A DNA stretch of 64,000 nt from Basidiobolus meristosporus CBS 931.73 (GCA_002104905.1 MCFE01000121.1:1-64000), one strand, 5' to 3'; numbered from the stretch's first letter, positions 12,010 to 25,833 are shown. Translations and numbers: made by a program. The notes: generated by a model not told the origin, from the sequence alone.

Positions 12010-15000
12010 TGTTGTAAGAATTTGTAATTCCACCTAAATATTTACCTAACTTGGTCACTTGGACTATTACCTACATATCCTATAGAATACTGACCAAATT
12101 CCTTGTTGGGATTTGCTTAGAATATTTTCACCAAAATATCTGGTGCCCAGAACATGAAAATTCTCAAAGTTGTCCAAACAGCCCCATACTTTGCACCCAT
12201 GTTCTTGGGACCTTCCTAAGCTTATTTTTGTATTTGCTATACCACGACTAGGTAAAAGTATAAATACCATGCTAAAATTCTATCAATCATTAAGTGATAG
12301 CCACATAAGCTACTTGTTCTCCCAATCACTTCCAATGTCTCCAAGGCTTTTACAACAGGCTATGAGCCCTGAGCTGTTACTCACTGAAATGTCTACCACT
12401 GCTATTACTGCAACCTTCCCTCTCCTGAAAATTGGGATGGATCTAACTATCAAGTGTGGAAGGTGACAGTAAGATGCTGCTACAAGAAATAGGCCTTTAG
12501 ATATTGCCATGGGAGAAGAATGCCCTTCTAAGAAAGTAGGAGAGGCAGCCTTAATGTATTAGAAGAAAGAACACAGTGCTTTTAGCTGCATTTGCCTTAA
12601 TGTTAAAGACAAAATGCTAATTCTATGCTCAACAGCAAAACATCAAAGAATGCCTGGAAGGGACTAGAAGTCACATACCAGTCATGTTCAGCTGCTAAGA
12701 GAATGTATCTTAGACAAATATTCTTCACTACAAAGATGCTGCCAGAAGAAGATATGAAAAATCAAATTAACAGAATTACCAAGCTTGTGGACGAGATGGA
12801 ATCTGGGGGCATAATAACTACTGATGAGGATGTGATAGTCACCAAACTGAATTACCTTACCAACAAGATTCAATGCCTTGTATCAGTTGTAGAGTCCAGA
12901 ATTGAAGAGTTGACATTAAATTGCATATATTGAAGGCTCCTGCATGAAAATTAAAGAAAATCAAATGCCAACAAGATGGAAGAAGAAAATGCTCCAATAA
13001 GCAATGAAAACCAGCAGAGGAGGTACCCAAGACCCTTTAAAGGCAATAGCCGCCTGTTTTGCAACTACTGCAAAAGGAAAGGGCACACATCAGACCAGTG
13101 CATTAATAGAAAGCTAGTCAGCAGAAAAAGCCTGTATATGGAAATGCTGCAGCAACTGAAGATAGACTTGATATATACACTAAGTATGATCACAAACAAG
13201 AATTCTCAGTTATGGTATATTGACTCTGGAGCATCTCAACACTTTACAAACCAAAAAATACTTTTTACTCAACATCAAGAAATTCCAGTTAGGAGCAAAT
13301 TCACGGGTAACAATTGAACACTTTATGCAGTAGCAGAAGGATTTATTCAAGTAAACCTTGCAGTGAAGGAGAAAACACATTTACCTTCAAAAAATACTCT
13401 ATGTACCAGAAATAGCCAAGAGCCTACTATTTCTCAGCAAGGCCACTGCAGAAGGACTCAGTTTCAGCTTTGATAATCTGGATGCAGGATCACTGCTGAA
13501 AATGGTGCCTATGTTGCTTTGGGTTTCAGAAATCAGAATCTATAGAAGTTGACTTATATTTCATCATATCAGGAATCCAATATTAGTGGCTTAAAAGCAA
13601 ATACACCAAAGCTTTGGCACAGGAGATTTGGACACATTAAATTTGATTATTTGCACAAAATGATCTAGGATTAGTTAACTTCAAGAGTCAAAATTGATCT
13701 CCCAACTAGTTTGGAGCACTGTGAAGCATGCATATATGGGGAACAAGCCAGAAAACCAATTAAGAGCTCTGATATAATCAAAACTAAGAATAAATTATAT
13801 CTAATTTACTCAGATCTATGTGGACCTATGCGTGAATTATACTTAGGCAGAATGAAGTATTTAAGCACTTTTACTGAAGATGAAACAAGAGGCACAGGGG
13901 TCTACTTCATGGAGAGAAAGGAAGAAGCTCTGTCTAAGCTTAGGGAGTTTAGAGCCCTGGTGGTGAGAGAAAATGTTTAAAAAATCAAGTATATGATCCA
14001 TGATCAAACATCATCCTATGATTTTTGGGCAGAATTGGTTGCCACAGCTGTATACCTTAAAAATAGGAGTTACAACAGAATACTTTGTGAATCTGCCCCA
14101 TTTGAACCATGGTATCAATACAGACTTATGTTTGACAAATATTCAAAATATACACAAAAAATGGTATCAGATTATGACAAAAATCTGATCTCAAATCTAC
14201 CAGTAGTCAGGATTCAATTGGAACAAAACTATGAGATTTCTTTTCACTCTAGAGGACTCAACAACCATAGATCAGCTCTAGTCAGTGCCCAGGTATATTT
14301 CAGAAGTAATCATTTCAGTATCACAAGCCAGGAGATCCAATGGACCAGATATAACCCAAATTACCATAGCAATAAGGGTACAAGCTTAGCCTATGCCTAT
14401 TTAGTCCATATTGCTGAACCCCAGACTGTAAAAGAGGCCCTAAGTTGCCCTCAGATAAAGTTTTGGAGATCTGCAAGGACTGAGGAGTATCAGGCCCTGA
14501 TGGAAAGTAAAACTTGGGATTTAGTTAAATTACCAATCATCTGGAAATCAATTGGATGTAAATCAGTCTTCAAGACAAAATATAAGGCTGATGTTACAAT
14601 TCAACAATACAAAGTAAGACTTGTGGCCAAAGAATACTCTCAAATAAAAGGACCTGACTTTACTGAGATCTTTGCAACAGTAGCCAAGTTTAATTCCATC
14701 AAATTAATATTGGCTATATCAGCCATATAAGAATTTCTTTTACTTCAAATGGATGAGAAACTGCATTTCTGTATGAGGAACTTGATGAAGACATGTACAT
14801 GAACCAGCCTGTTGGGTTTTCTGATCAGGATAACCCCCATTTGGTCAGCAAGCTTAAAAATTTCTATATGGTCTCAAATAATTACCAATAGCCTGGAATT
14901 GCAAGATAGATTCTTATTTGGAATCTTTCAGTTTCCAAAGGGGTACTGCTGACTATGACATATACTATAAGCCAGATAGAGCAAATCCACCTCTACTAGC

Positions 15001-15063
15001 TCTATATGTGGATGATCTTATTATAACTGCTGTTAACCAAGAAACATTAGAAGAGACTAAACT
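12010..15063 (+). mobile_element. Degenerate Ty1/copia family A element (5' LTR 12010-12357, PBS, gag, protease, integrase, partial RT)
   Basis: LTR TGTTGTA...TACAACA followed by GGCTATGAGCCC; broken ORFs with AKRMYLRQIFF, CNYCKRKGHTSDQC, WYIDSGASQHF, YSDLCGP, YKVRLVAK. Many stops and deletions. Confidence 0.9.
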
Positions 15064-18000
15064 TGCTGTAAAAATTTGTATTTCCACCTAAATATTCACC
15101 TAACTTAGTCACTTAGATAATCACCTTCAAATCCTAGAGAATACTGACCAAATTCCTTGTCGGGATTTACTTAGAATATTTTCACCAAAATACCAGGTAC
15201 CCAGAACATGAAAATTCTGAAAGTTGTCCAAACAGCCCCAAACTTTGCACACATGTTCTTGGGACCTTCCTTAACCTATTCTACATGTCTGTAATGCCAA
15301 GATCAGGTAAAAGTATAAATACTACTTTTACATTCAATAAATCATTAAGTGAAAACCACATAATCTACTTGTTCTCCCAATCACTTCCAATATCTCCAAG
15401 ACTCTTACAACAGGCTATGCGCCCAAGCTGTCACTCTCTGCAATGTCTACTACTGCTATTACTGGAATTTCTCCCTCTGCTGGAAAGTTGGATGGCTCTA
15501 ACTACCAAGTGTGGAAGGTGAAGATGAAGATGCTGCTGCAAGAAAGAAGCCTTTGGGATATTGTCATGGGAGAAGAATGCCCTCCTAAAAATGTGGGAGA
15601 GGAAGCCTTAAAGTACCAGAAGAAAGAACAAAGTGCCTTTAACTGCATTTGCCTTTATGTCAAGGACAAATTGCTAATTCAATGCTCAAGAGCAAAAACG
15701 GCAAAGAATGCCTGGAAAGCATTGGAAGACACCTACCAGTCATGTTCAGCTGCCAAGAAAATGTATCTGAGACAAAAATTCTTTACTACAAAGATGCTGC
15801 CAGGAGAAGAAATGAAAAATCTAATTAACAGAATTACCCTGCTGGTAGATGAGATGGAATCTGTGGGCATACCAACTACTGATGAGGATGTGATAGTTAC
15901 CATCCTGAATAGCCTGACAGATGAGTTTCAGGGCCTTGTATCAGCCCTAGAGTCCAGAACTGAAGATTTGACCTTAAATTACGTATATGGAAGGCTCCTG
16001 GATGAAGAATTAAGAATATCAAGCACCAATAAGAAGGAAGAAGAAAATGCTTTATTAAGCAATGATAACCAACAAAGGAGGTACCCAAGACCCTACAAAG
16101 GCAACAGCAACCTACTTTGCAACTACTGCAAAAGGAAAGGACACACACCAGACCGGTGACTCAAAAAGAAAGATAATCAGCAAAAGAAGCCTGAATATGG
16201 AAATGCTGCAACAACTGAAGGTAGACTATTCATATCTGCACTAAATATGACCACAAACAAGGATTCTCAGACATGGTATATTGACTCTGGAGCTTCTCAA
16301 CACTTTACACACCAAAAAGAACTTTTTACCAAATATCAGGAAATTCCAATTAAGAAGGTTTTCATGGGTGACAATAGAACACTTGATGCAGTGGGAGAAG
16401 GAACTATCCAAGTAAACCTTAGAAGCAGTGAAGGAAGCCATACACTGACCTTTAAAGAAGTACTCTATGTACCAGAAATAGCCAAGAACCTACTCTCTGT
16501 AAGCAAGGCCACAGCAGAAGGACTCAGTTTCAGTTTTGACAATTCTGGATGCAGGATCACTGATCAAAATGGTGCCCATATTGCTTTGGGCATCAGAGAT
16601 CAGAATCTATACAAGTTGACTTATATTCCATCATATCTGGAAGCCAATTTAAGTAACTTAAATGAAGAAACACAAATGCTTTGGCACAGGAGATTTGGAC
16701 ACATCAATTTTGATTATTTGCGCAAAATGATCAAAGATCAGCTAATTTCTGGAGTGAAAATTGATCCCCCAGCTAATTTGGAGCACTGTGAAGCCTGCAT
16801 ATATGGGAAACAAGCCAGACAACCATTCTAGAGCTCTGGGTTAATCAAAACTAAGAAAAATTAGATCCAACTCACTCAGATCTGTGTGGACCTATGCAAG
16901 ATTTATCCTTAGGCGGGATGAAGTATTTAATCACTTTTATTGATGATTATACAAGATACACATGGGTCTACTTCATGGAGAGAAAGGAAGAAGCTCTGTC
17001 TAAGTTCAGGGAGTTTAAAGCCATGGTGGAGAGAGAAACTGGTGAAAAAATCAAGAAAATACGCTCTGACAATGGTGGAGAATATACCTCAAAACTCTTC
17101 ATCCACTTCTGCAAAATTCATGGGATAAAGCAAGAGACTACTGTACCATACTCCCCACAGCAAAATGGAGTAGCAGAACAAGCTAACAGATCAATAATTG
17201 ATATGGCAAGATCTATGATCCATGATCAAAAATTATCCTATGATTTTTGGGCGGAATCAGTTGCCACTGCTGTATACCTTAAAAATAGGAGTTATAACAG
17301 AATACTTTGTAATTCTACTCCATTTGAAGCATGGTATAGATACAGACCAAGTGCCAAACATCTAAAAATATTTGGGTGCACAGCATATGCCAAAAAACTG
17401 GCCGGAAATCAGTCAAAATTTGAGCCAAAAAGTGTAAAATGCATATTTTTGGGCTACTGCAATGGGAGTAAGGCATACAGACTCTATAATACCAAAGCAA
17501 AGAAGCTGATCAAGTCCAGGGATGTGTTGTTTGATGAAAATTCAAAATTTTCACAAAAAATGACATCAGATGATGACAAAAATTTGATCTCAAGTCTACC
17601 AATTGTCAGGATTGAATCAGAGCAAAACAATGAAAATTCTTTCACTCCAGAGGATTCTACAACCATGGTTCAGCCAGAATCAGTGCCCAGGAATATCCCA
17701 GAAGTGATCATTCCAGTATCAAATTCCCAGAGATCAAATCGGACAAGAAATAGCCCAAATTACTATATCAATGAGGGTACAAACTTAGCCTATGCCTATT
17801 CAGTCCATATTGATGAGCCCCAGACTGTAAAAGAGGCCCTAAATAGACCTCAGACAAAGTTTTGGAGATCTGCAATGACTGAGGAATATCAGGCACTGAT
17901 GGAATATCAAACTTGGGACTTAGTCAAATTACCAATCAACCAAAAATCAATTGGATGCAGATGGGTCTTCAAGACAAAATACAAGGCTGATGGTACAATT

Positions 18001-19177
18001 GAAAGATACAAAGCAAGACTTGTAGCCAAAGGATACTCTCAAACAAAAGGACTTGACTATACTGAGACCTTTGCACCGGTAGCCAAGTTTAATTCCATCA
18101 GATTAATATTGGCTATTGCAGCCAAATATAAGTTTTTTATTCATCAAATGGATGTAAGAGCTGCATTTATGAATGGAGAACTTGATGAGGATGTGTATAT
18201 GGACCAGCCTGATGGGTTTGCTGACCAAGATAACCCCCATTTGGTCTGCAAGCTTAAAAAGTCACTATATGGTCTCAAACAATCACCGAGAGCCTGGAAT
18301 TGCAAGATAGATTCTTATTTGGAATCTTTGAGTTTCAAAAGGAGTAATGCTGACTATAGTATATATTATAAGCCAGATAGAGCAAATCCAGTTCTATTAG
18401 CTCTATATGTGGATGATCTTATTATACCTGCTAATAACCTAGAAACATTGAAAGAGACTAAATCCAGCCTATCTAAGGAGTTCAAGATGTCTGATTTAGG
18501 AGAACTTAGTTACTACTTAGGGATTAAGTTCTCCATAGACAGAAGTACCCAGACTATTACCCTAAGCCAATCCAAGTATATTCAAGATATGCTAAGGAAG
18601 TACCAAATGGAAGACTGTAAACCAGCAGCTACCCCAATGGAGACAAACCTTAACTTGGTCAAAACTCAGCCAATTCATGAGAGCTTGGTACCATCTGAAA
18701 GCCCTAACTTTTCTTATCAATCTATAGCTGGCAGTCTGATGTATATCATGCCTGGGAGACATCCTGATACCTTATACTCAGTGTGAGCTGTCAGCCAGCA
18801 TGACCAGATATATGGATCTGATCATTTTGCAGCAGTTAAATGGATCTTAAGATACCCAAAAGGAGCTGCTGATATCTGCTTAAGGTATACCTCTAAGGAT
18901 TTAGAGCAGGATCTTGTAGGGTACTCTGATGCTGATTGGGGACAAAATTTAGAAGACAGAAGATCCACCACAGGATACATCTGTCTGTACTGAAAAGGAG
19001 CAGTTTCATGGAATGCAAGAAAGGAACCAACTGTAGCACTTTCCACCTGAGAGGCAGAGTATATGGCAGCCTGTGAAGCAACAAAAGCGGTAATGTAGTT
19101 AGGAAAGCTATTAAAGATTTAGGCTTATGTCATAAAACACTTATTACTTTATTTCAAGATAATCAAGGATTTATATC
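15064..19177 (+). mobile_element. Ty1/copia family A element, least decayed copy, inactive (5' LTR 15064-15412, gag-PR-IN-RT-RH; no cognate 3' LTR)
   Basis: PBS GGCTATGCGCCC at 15413. Gag LDGSNYQVWKVKM and CNYCKRKGHTPDR(TGA); protease WYIDSGASQH; integrase RSDNGGEY and PQQNGVAE; RT YKARLVAKG and LALYVDDL; RNase H YSDADWG. Stops at 16157, 16829 and 18784, and a 1-nt loss in an A run near 16858. Confidence 0.95.
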
Positions 19178-19452
19178 TGTAGCTACCAGTTGACAGATAT
19201 CCTTATGGTACTTCTTAATTATATTCTGAATATGTTGTAATAACTTGTAAATCCTTCTAAGTACTCACTTAACTTGGTCACTTGAATTATTACCTGTAAG
19301 TCTCAGAGAATACTGACCAAACTACTTGTGAGGATTTACTCAGAATATTTTCACCAAAATATTTGGTATCCTGAACATGAAAATTAGACAAGTTGTCCAA
19401 ACAGCCTCAGACTTGGCACACATGTTCTTGGGGCATTCCTAAGCCTATTCTA
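19178..19452 (+). repeat. 5' part of a family-A LTR variant with a 55-bp 5' extension
   Basis: tgtagctaccagttgacag... precedes the usual LTR start TGTTGTA at 19233; ends at cctattcta. Confidence 0.8.
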
Positions 19453-19854
19453 TGCTCTAAGAGTCTTGGAGCCATTAGAAGTTATTGGGGGAGCAATTAG
19501 ATTATATGGTTTTTACTTAATGGTATATTGAATGTAAAAGTTGTATTTATACTTTACATGATCCTGGAATAGTAAGCACCAGAAACTGGCTTAGGAGTGT
19601 CCCAAGAACATGTGTGCAAAGTCTGAGGTGGTTTGGACAACTTGTCTAATTTTCATGCTCAGGGTACCAGATATTTTGGTGAAAATATTCTGAGTAAATC
19701 CTTACAAGTAATTTGGTCAGTATTCTCTAAGATTTACAGGTAATAAGAGAAGTGACCAAGTTTGGTGAATATTAGGAGGATATACAAATCTTAACAACGT
19801 ATTCAGGATATAACTAAGAAGTACCATAAGGATCACTGTGAGCTGGTAGCTTCC
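19453..19854 (-). repeat. Full family-A LTR variant (~402 bp), antisense
   Basis: Starts tgctctaagagtcttggag (LTR 3' end reversed); ends ...ataaggatcactgtgagctggtagcttcc, the reverse complement of the 19178 extension. Confidence 0.8.
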
Positions 19855-20770
19855 CCAATGGGCACTAACTCTAACTTGGTCAAACACAAACAAACCATGA
19901 GAGCTAGGTGCCAATTGAAAGTCTAGACAACCCTTATCAATCTAAGGTTGGCAGTTTGATGCATATCAAGCTGGGAAAATGACCAGATATCTGAAAATCA
20001 GCAGGAGTTTTCAGTCTGCATAATTAGAACTAGGATTGGATCTCATGGCAGCAGTTAAGCATTTATTTATATACATACAAGGAATTGTCAATATCTGCTT
20101 AAGATGCTCTGGTAAGGACTCAGAGAAGGTTCTTTTTGGATATACTGAGGAAGATTAAGGGCAAAATTCAAAGGGCAGAAGAACCACCACAGGATTTGTT
20201 GAAAGAGTCTTGGAGATATATTAGAAGTGACTGGGGGAACAAGTAGATTATGTGGTTTTCACTTAATGATTTATTCAATATAAAAGTAGTATTTTTACTT
20301 TTAATTGGACTTGGCATAATAGACACCTAGAATAGGCTTAGGAAGATGCCAAGAACATGTGTGCAAAGTTTGGGGCTGTTTGGACAATTTAACTAATTCT
20401 CATGTTTGGGGAACCTGCTATTTTGGTGAAAATATTCCAAGTAAGTCCCAACAAGAAGTTTGGTCAGTATTCTATAGGATATGTAGGTAACAATCTGAGT
20501 GACTAAGTTAGGTGAATATTTAGGCGGAACTCCAAATTATACAATGGGATTCACCTTTCTTGAGTGTAAAGGGGCAACCTCATGGTATTCAAGAGGTTAT
20601 TCAACCTTAGCACTTTTCACCACAGAGGCAGAATATTTGGCTGTCTGTGAGGCCACAAATGAAGTAACATGGCTAAGAAAGTTCCTTGAAGACTTGGATT
20701 GATGCCAAGAATGCTCTGCCCCTATATTTCAGGATAAACAAGGATATATGCAGTCATGTAGAAATCCAAC
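19855..20770 (+). mobile_element. Decayed copia RT C-terminus/RNase H fragment interrupted by a solo LTR
   Basis: Similar to 18630-19170; rejoined across the solo LTR it reads RTTTGFTFLECKGATSW...TTEAEYLAVCEAT. Confidence 0.8.
20197..20546 (-). repeat. Family-A solo LTR with 5-bp target-site duplication GGATT
   Basis: ggatt at 20192-20196 and 20547-20551 flank a 350-bp LTR copy. Confidence 0.92.
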
Positions 20771-21507
20771 AGCCACTTTACATAAAGCCTCCTTGTAGCT
20801 CAGCCATTGTATGCTAAGTGGTCAATGGTTGTCAAGTGGGATAGTCAGTTCATGGACACTCTGTCACCCATGGCTCAATGTAGCACTAAACAAAGCAATA
20901 AGTCTAATTTGTAGAGTATTTTACATTTATATGCCAATATCTAACTAAGCTAATATGATTACTCAGATATACCAGGCTTATAACATTCCCACCTAGTTAG
21001 TTACTCATTTTAATCAGGCCTGATTTTTATTTAAGATATTCTAGAGGAATGTATAGCCAGATATTAAGAAAGCACTGCTAGAAGAGGTCTATGTTTTTTA
21101 TTGACTCAGTGAAAATTGAAATGCCAATCTCATCAATGACAGCTTTTGACATGATATTTAGTGTCTCCAACTCTAGATATATTGGTGATAACAGACTTAC
21201 AGCAGCAGCTGTAACTTGCATATTTGAGTGGATGATGTGAAATAAATATGTATAGTGGTATTTTGTAGAAAACCATTAACTACCCCTATTTCACTCTTAA
21301 GTGATCAGCCAATTATAATCACACGAATAGTGTTAGTAGTGGCAGCAGAAACAATCACGGGAACAGGATGGCAGTCACTATCTTGTTGATTTTCACGTGA
21401 ATCATATCATTGGTTATGTAAAGATTAAATGAAGTCACCAGTACGAAATCCAGCCATTTACCATCCACACTGAACCCCTCTTACCATCTCCGATCCTAAA
21501 CCCTACC

Positions 21508-24091
21508 ATGCTAGAAGAAACCTCCCTGCTCGATTCAAAGCAAGGCCCGCTTGACCACGAAAACTCATTTTTCGGCTCGTTGAGCAGTATATTCAATGGG
21601 CTTTACGCTCAATGGACTCAGGTAACATCCCCATCATTGCCCCTGGCATTATAGAAAGGTTTTGTAAAGGCCATTATTTTCTGCGTAGAGCTTGCAACTT
21701 CCGACCAGCCAAAAGCGAGAGTCTGTGGCTTACTATGAGCATCTCCTGAACACTGCTACCTCCTACGATCAATGGGCGGCTGCCGCCTCCATGTTGGACC
21801 AAGTCACCGGTCTGTCTCTCAACGTAGCCTCAGTCCGTTAACCTTACTTACCAACCCCTACCGTTAGGAAAAGAGAAGTGGAAACACAAGGCAGCCTCAC
21901 CCCATTACGACTATGGACTCATCCAAACAAAACTTGAGCAATTAAAAGGGGCCAGAGAGTCGGGGGATTTGTCTATGATCATCTTCTTACTAAGGACTAG
22001 CCTCTCGAGAAATATCGGGGAGATTGGCAAATCTATGGTAAATTGACCCGTATCCCCTTGACCTGATCGCTAAGAGTATTCACACCCTCCCTTATCTAGC
22101 TGTACGGCTACACCCACATCGGCACCAAGAAGCTCATCGACAGCTACATCGAAGAAGTGGTGAAGACCTTAAATATGGTGTGCGACACAGAGTGTGAGGA
22201 TGTGTCAACCAAGATGAAATATGAATTCTTCACCAACACCCGACAATCTTTCGGACGAACGGCGTTGATGCTGAGTGGAGGCGCTTCTTTTGGTAAAGCA
22301 CAACCTATCCCCTCTTGTACCACATCATCTAACACCATCCCTCCCTTTTCTCTCTCACAGGGCTGAACCACGTCGGGGTTTTGAAATGCCTGTACGAGCA
22401 CAAGCTACTCCCAAGAATCATCTCGGGGGCATCGAGCGGGTCCATCATCGCGGCCATCATATGCACACACACCGAGGAAGAGTTTCTCATCAAGCTCAAC
22501 CCAGACAAAATCAACCTGGTACCCCTCTCTCTCACCACCAGCTCCTTTAACCTTTTTGACTGACTTGGCATTTCAGAATACCTTCGCGAGACCTGGCGAC
22601 GATAATTCTTACTTCAAGCGGTTCTCTCGGTTCTTGAAACACGGTAGGCTCTAGGGACATTATCAATGGAATAGGTTAGGGTTGCGGTTAGTGACCATCG
22701 AACTCTATTGGCAGGCGTGCTGTTCGACGTAGAGGTGCTGGTGGAGATGCTGCGAGAGAATATTGGTGATTACACTTTTCTGGTCGGTGGGATTGGATTA
22801 TATCTTGTCACGGGCTTCTATTCAATCGGATCTTCCAGGAAGCGTACAACCGAACCCGACGAATCCTGAACATTCCGGTCAGTTCCTCCACCGTGTACGA
22901 GATGCCCCGACTGCTAAATTATTTGACGGCACCTGATGTGGTAAGCCTCTTCTCAACAAACTTATGGATGGAGTATTGAGTCATTTGTTGTGTAGATCAT
23001 CTGGTCGGCAGTGTAAATATTCATCTACATTATTCAGCACCCCCCCCTTCTCCACGAAACAGAGCCTGACTTTTGCTCGAATAGAGCGGCTTCCTGTGCT
23101 GTCCCATGTATATACAAATCTGCGCCACTTCTCGCCAAGGATAAGGCGGGAAATACCGTTCCTTGGGCACCCACCGGTTTGACTCCACTCCAGCATCCTT
23201 GGCACGTTTCTTGACGTACTGACGAGCATTCTTCAGGACACAGATGCATCGATGGTTCCGTAGAAAAGTGAGTTGCTCTGCTCAGGCTCGCTTGACTCAC
23301 ATCTAACCCCCGATCCTCCTCCCTAGCGACCTGCCAATGAAGCGGCTTTCGGAGCTGTTCAACGTCAACCATTTCATTGTCTGTCAAGGTAGGGTTCGTT
23401 TATGACGCTTCTGTCGCGCTAGGACAATGAAGTCATCCCCTCCAGTGAATCCCCACGTGATTCCGTTTATGCATAGAAGTCTTACCCCGTCCCCAGCTCG
23501 TCGCTTCGTCAACTGGGTTCTCAACCTCGCCTGTTCGGAGATTCAGCACCGAATGAACCAGGTAGGCTCCATTGTGTTGCCCATGATGAACATCTACTGA
23601 GGCACCCCCCCATAGCTCTATGAATTAGGGATCATGCGAAGCCTCTTCTATCGGCTAGAGGCGATCATGTCACAAAGGTACTCGGGCGACATCACGATAG
23701 TCCCGGACATCAAGTATATGGAATTCCTGAACGTCATAGAAAACCCCACGCCCCAGAACTTCCTCGACGCCATCTTGAGAGGGGAAAGAGCCATCTGGCC
23801 AAGTATCCTTTTTCCAAGACTCAGTTGGTGGAGTGTATGAGTGTATGCTTCACTAGGTGTTTCCTTCACTTGGTTGCTTCTGTAGAGATCTCGATCATCA
23901 AGAACCACTGTCAGATCGAGCTGTGTATCGACGAGATGATTTACCAGCTTCGCTTGCAAATGCTTGAAGAGAGCACCACCAATCAGGCCAAAGAATCCAT
24001 CGAGACAAGGAAGACTCGCTCCTCGCTTCCTGGCGCCACCTATCGCTCCTGCTCAGACTTCAAATCAGGATACGGCATGACCCACTCGTGA
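21508..24091 (+). CDS. TGL4: Patatin-domain triacylglycerol lipase, TGL4/TGL5/SDP1 family (15 exons by manual splicing)
   Basis: Manual GT-AG splicing gives an uninterrupted protein with a DUF3336-type N-terminus (SYDQWAAAASMLD, RTSLSRNIG), ALMLSGGASFGLNHVGV, GASSG nucleophile elbow, and [31 protein letters not shown]. Confidence 0.93.
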
Positions 24092-24317
24092 TTTAGCTCG
24101 AACAATGCTATCAAGCAATGCTTCCCAGTTGTTTATCCATCTCGCTCCTAGAAAATCCGTGAATAAATCAGCATTTAAAACCGGATTTTTGGTTGGGGTT
24201 TTTCACTAGGTGAGGTGGGTGGGCAGGAGGGTGATCGTTCGTCATGTGATCCCCACCGCCGCTTGAAAAGGATGGATGGGTTCGTTGCTTCAAAAATTTC
24301 TTGCCGCCTATTGAACC

Positions 24318-25833
24318 ATGGTATTCGAACTCTATACTTGGGGACAAGGGTTTGAACTCCCTTCATTGGATCCCCTCTGTTTAACCATTGAGGTAGAGAA
24401 ATTTCCGCGTGTACTGTGGGGGTGGTTGGGGTTACCTGGAAATGGACAGGAAACGATACTCACTAGCCTTCTCCATATAGACCTACCTCAATTTGACCAA
24501 TGCCAGTTGGGTTGCCAATGAATGTAACAATCCCAGCGCATCACCCTCCGGTAAGTTTGCTTTCGGCCCCGCGCCTTCGGCCGCAACCCAGCTAAAATAT
24601 TCCACCCTTTCAGGCGAATTGCCCCTCCTAAGAGACGGCAAAGAGTACATTTGTGGCGTCAACAACATCCTCACCTATCTAAGCAAACAAGTAAGACATC
24701 ACCAACCTCGCCTCACGAGTGTGCGTACACAGTTGAGGAAAACTCGTTAACGTTGGGAATGTAGGGTCTGGATCTGAGCAAGTCCCTCAACGACCAGCAG
24801 AAGGCCGAAACTCTCGCGTGAGAACCGTTTTAGAGTCCAACCCAGTCTAGTGGAATATGTGCTGACCGCAAACACGCATTTTGTTTACTTAGTTACTCCG
24901 CCCTGGTCAACGATAGACTTATGGATGGTTTGGTAAGAGACGGGAAATGTCGGCTCGAACGCGCTGGATCCCACTGAACTCACCCTTCTCTTGGAATGTT
25001 AGTTGTACGCTTGGTATGGTGACCAGGAGAATTTCACCCAGATCACTCGACCCACCTACGCCAAACTTCTCCCACTCGCTCTACGCTACTACACCCCGGT
25101 CACTCTGAGGAAAACCGCCCTCACCAAGATTGAGAAGTACGGCTTCCCCAAAGAGGAGGGCAAGAAGCCCAAGAAGGAAGCGGTGGCTCCCGAAGTAAGC
25201 AACCATCTTGGCTCGATCCGTAGGAAATCCCATCGTTAACGACCGCTTGCCATTGTAGATATATGAGCTGGTAAGAGACCACTATCGGGTCCTGTCTAAG
25301 AAGCTCGGTGAACAGCAATTTTTCTTTGGCGACAGGTGAGCTTCGTTAACCTTCTGTTCTGTGGACCACGACTTACCTGAATTGGGATTTTCTGTAGCCC
25401 CACCACCCTTGATGCCGTCGTTTTTGGTCAGCTGGCCCTTCACTACTATCCCGAACTCCCTAACGCTCGCCTGGCCACTATGCTCAAGGAAGAATTCCCC
25501 AACTTGGGCCATTTCTGCGACAGAGTACGTGGCCTCGCGTTCAGCAAGCCGGTCGAGAAGTCGAGCTCCCTGGATACACCATCCCCTCTCAGCGGGCTTC
25601 TTGGATCCCCAGTCAGCTGGTTCAAGAACAACTTCCTGATTCGCTTCACAGGCACTAAAGAAGCGGCCCCCAAAACGCCCGAGCAAGAGGAATTCGAAAG
25701 AAAGAGATTCCTGTCGATCTTCGGGGCGGCGTGGTTCATGATCGCGTTCGTCGTTTACAACGGAATCATCTCGATCCAGACGGTTGAAGCCGAGGATGAG
25801 GACGACGACGAGGAATACTACGAATTGGATTAG
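24318..25833 (+). CDS. SAM37: Metaxin/Sam37-like mitochondrial outer-membrane SAM subunit (8 exons)
   Basis: N-terminus MVFELYTWGQGFELPSLDPLCL, SPSGELPLL, LYAWYGDQENF, KKLGEQQFFFGDSPTTLDAVVFGQL; C-terminal TM segment. All introns GT-AG and in frame. Confidence 0.88.

Noticed and set aside
16157-16159. In-frame TGA between gag and protease as programmed readthrough or selenocysteine
   Set aside because: It replaces the last Cys of the zinc knuckle, which other copies encode as TGT/TGC; ordinary decay.
15064-20546. Regularly recurring ~350-bp repeats as a possible CRISPR-like or satellite array
   Set aside because: They are LTRs with TG...CA ends, PBS and TSDs; no short repeat-spacer periodicity and no cas genes.
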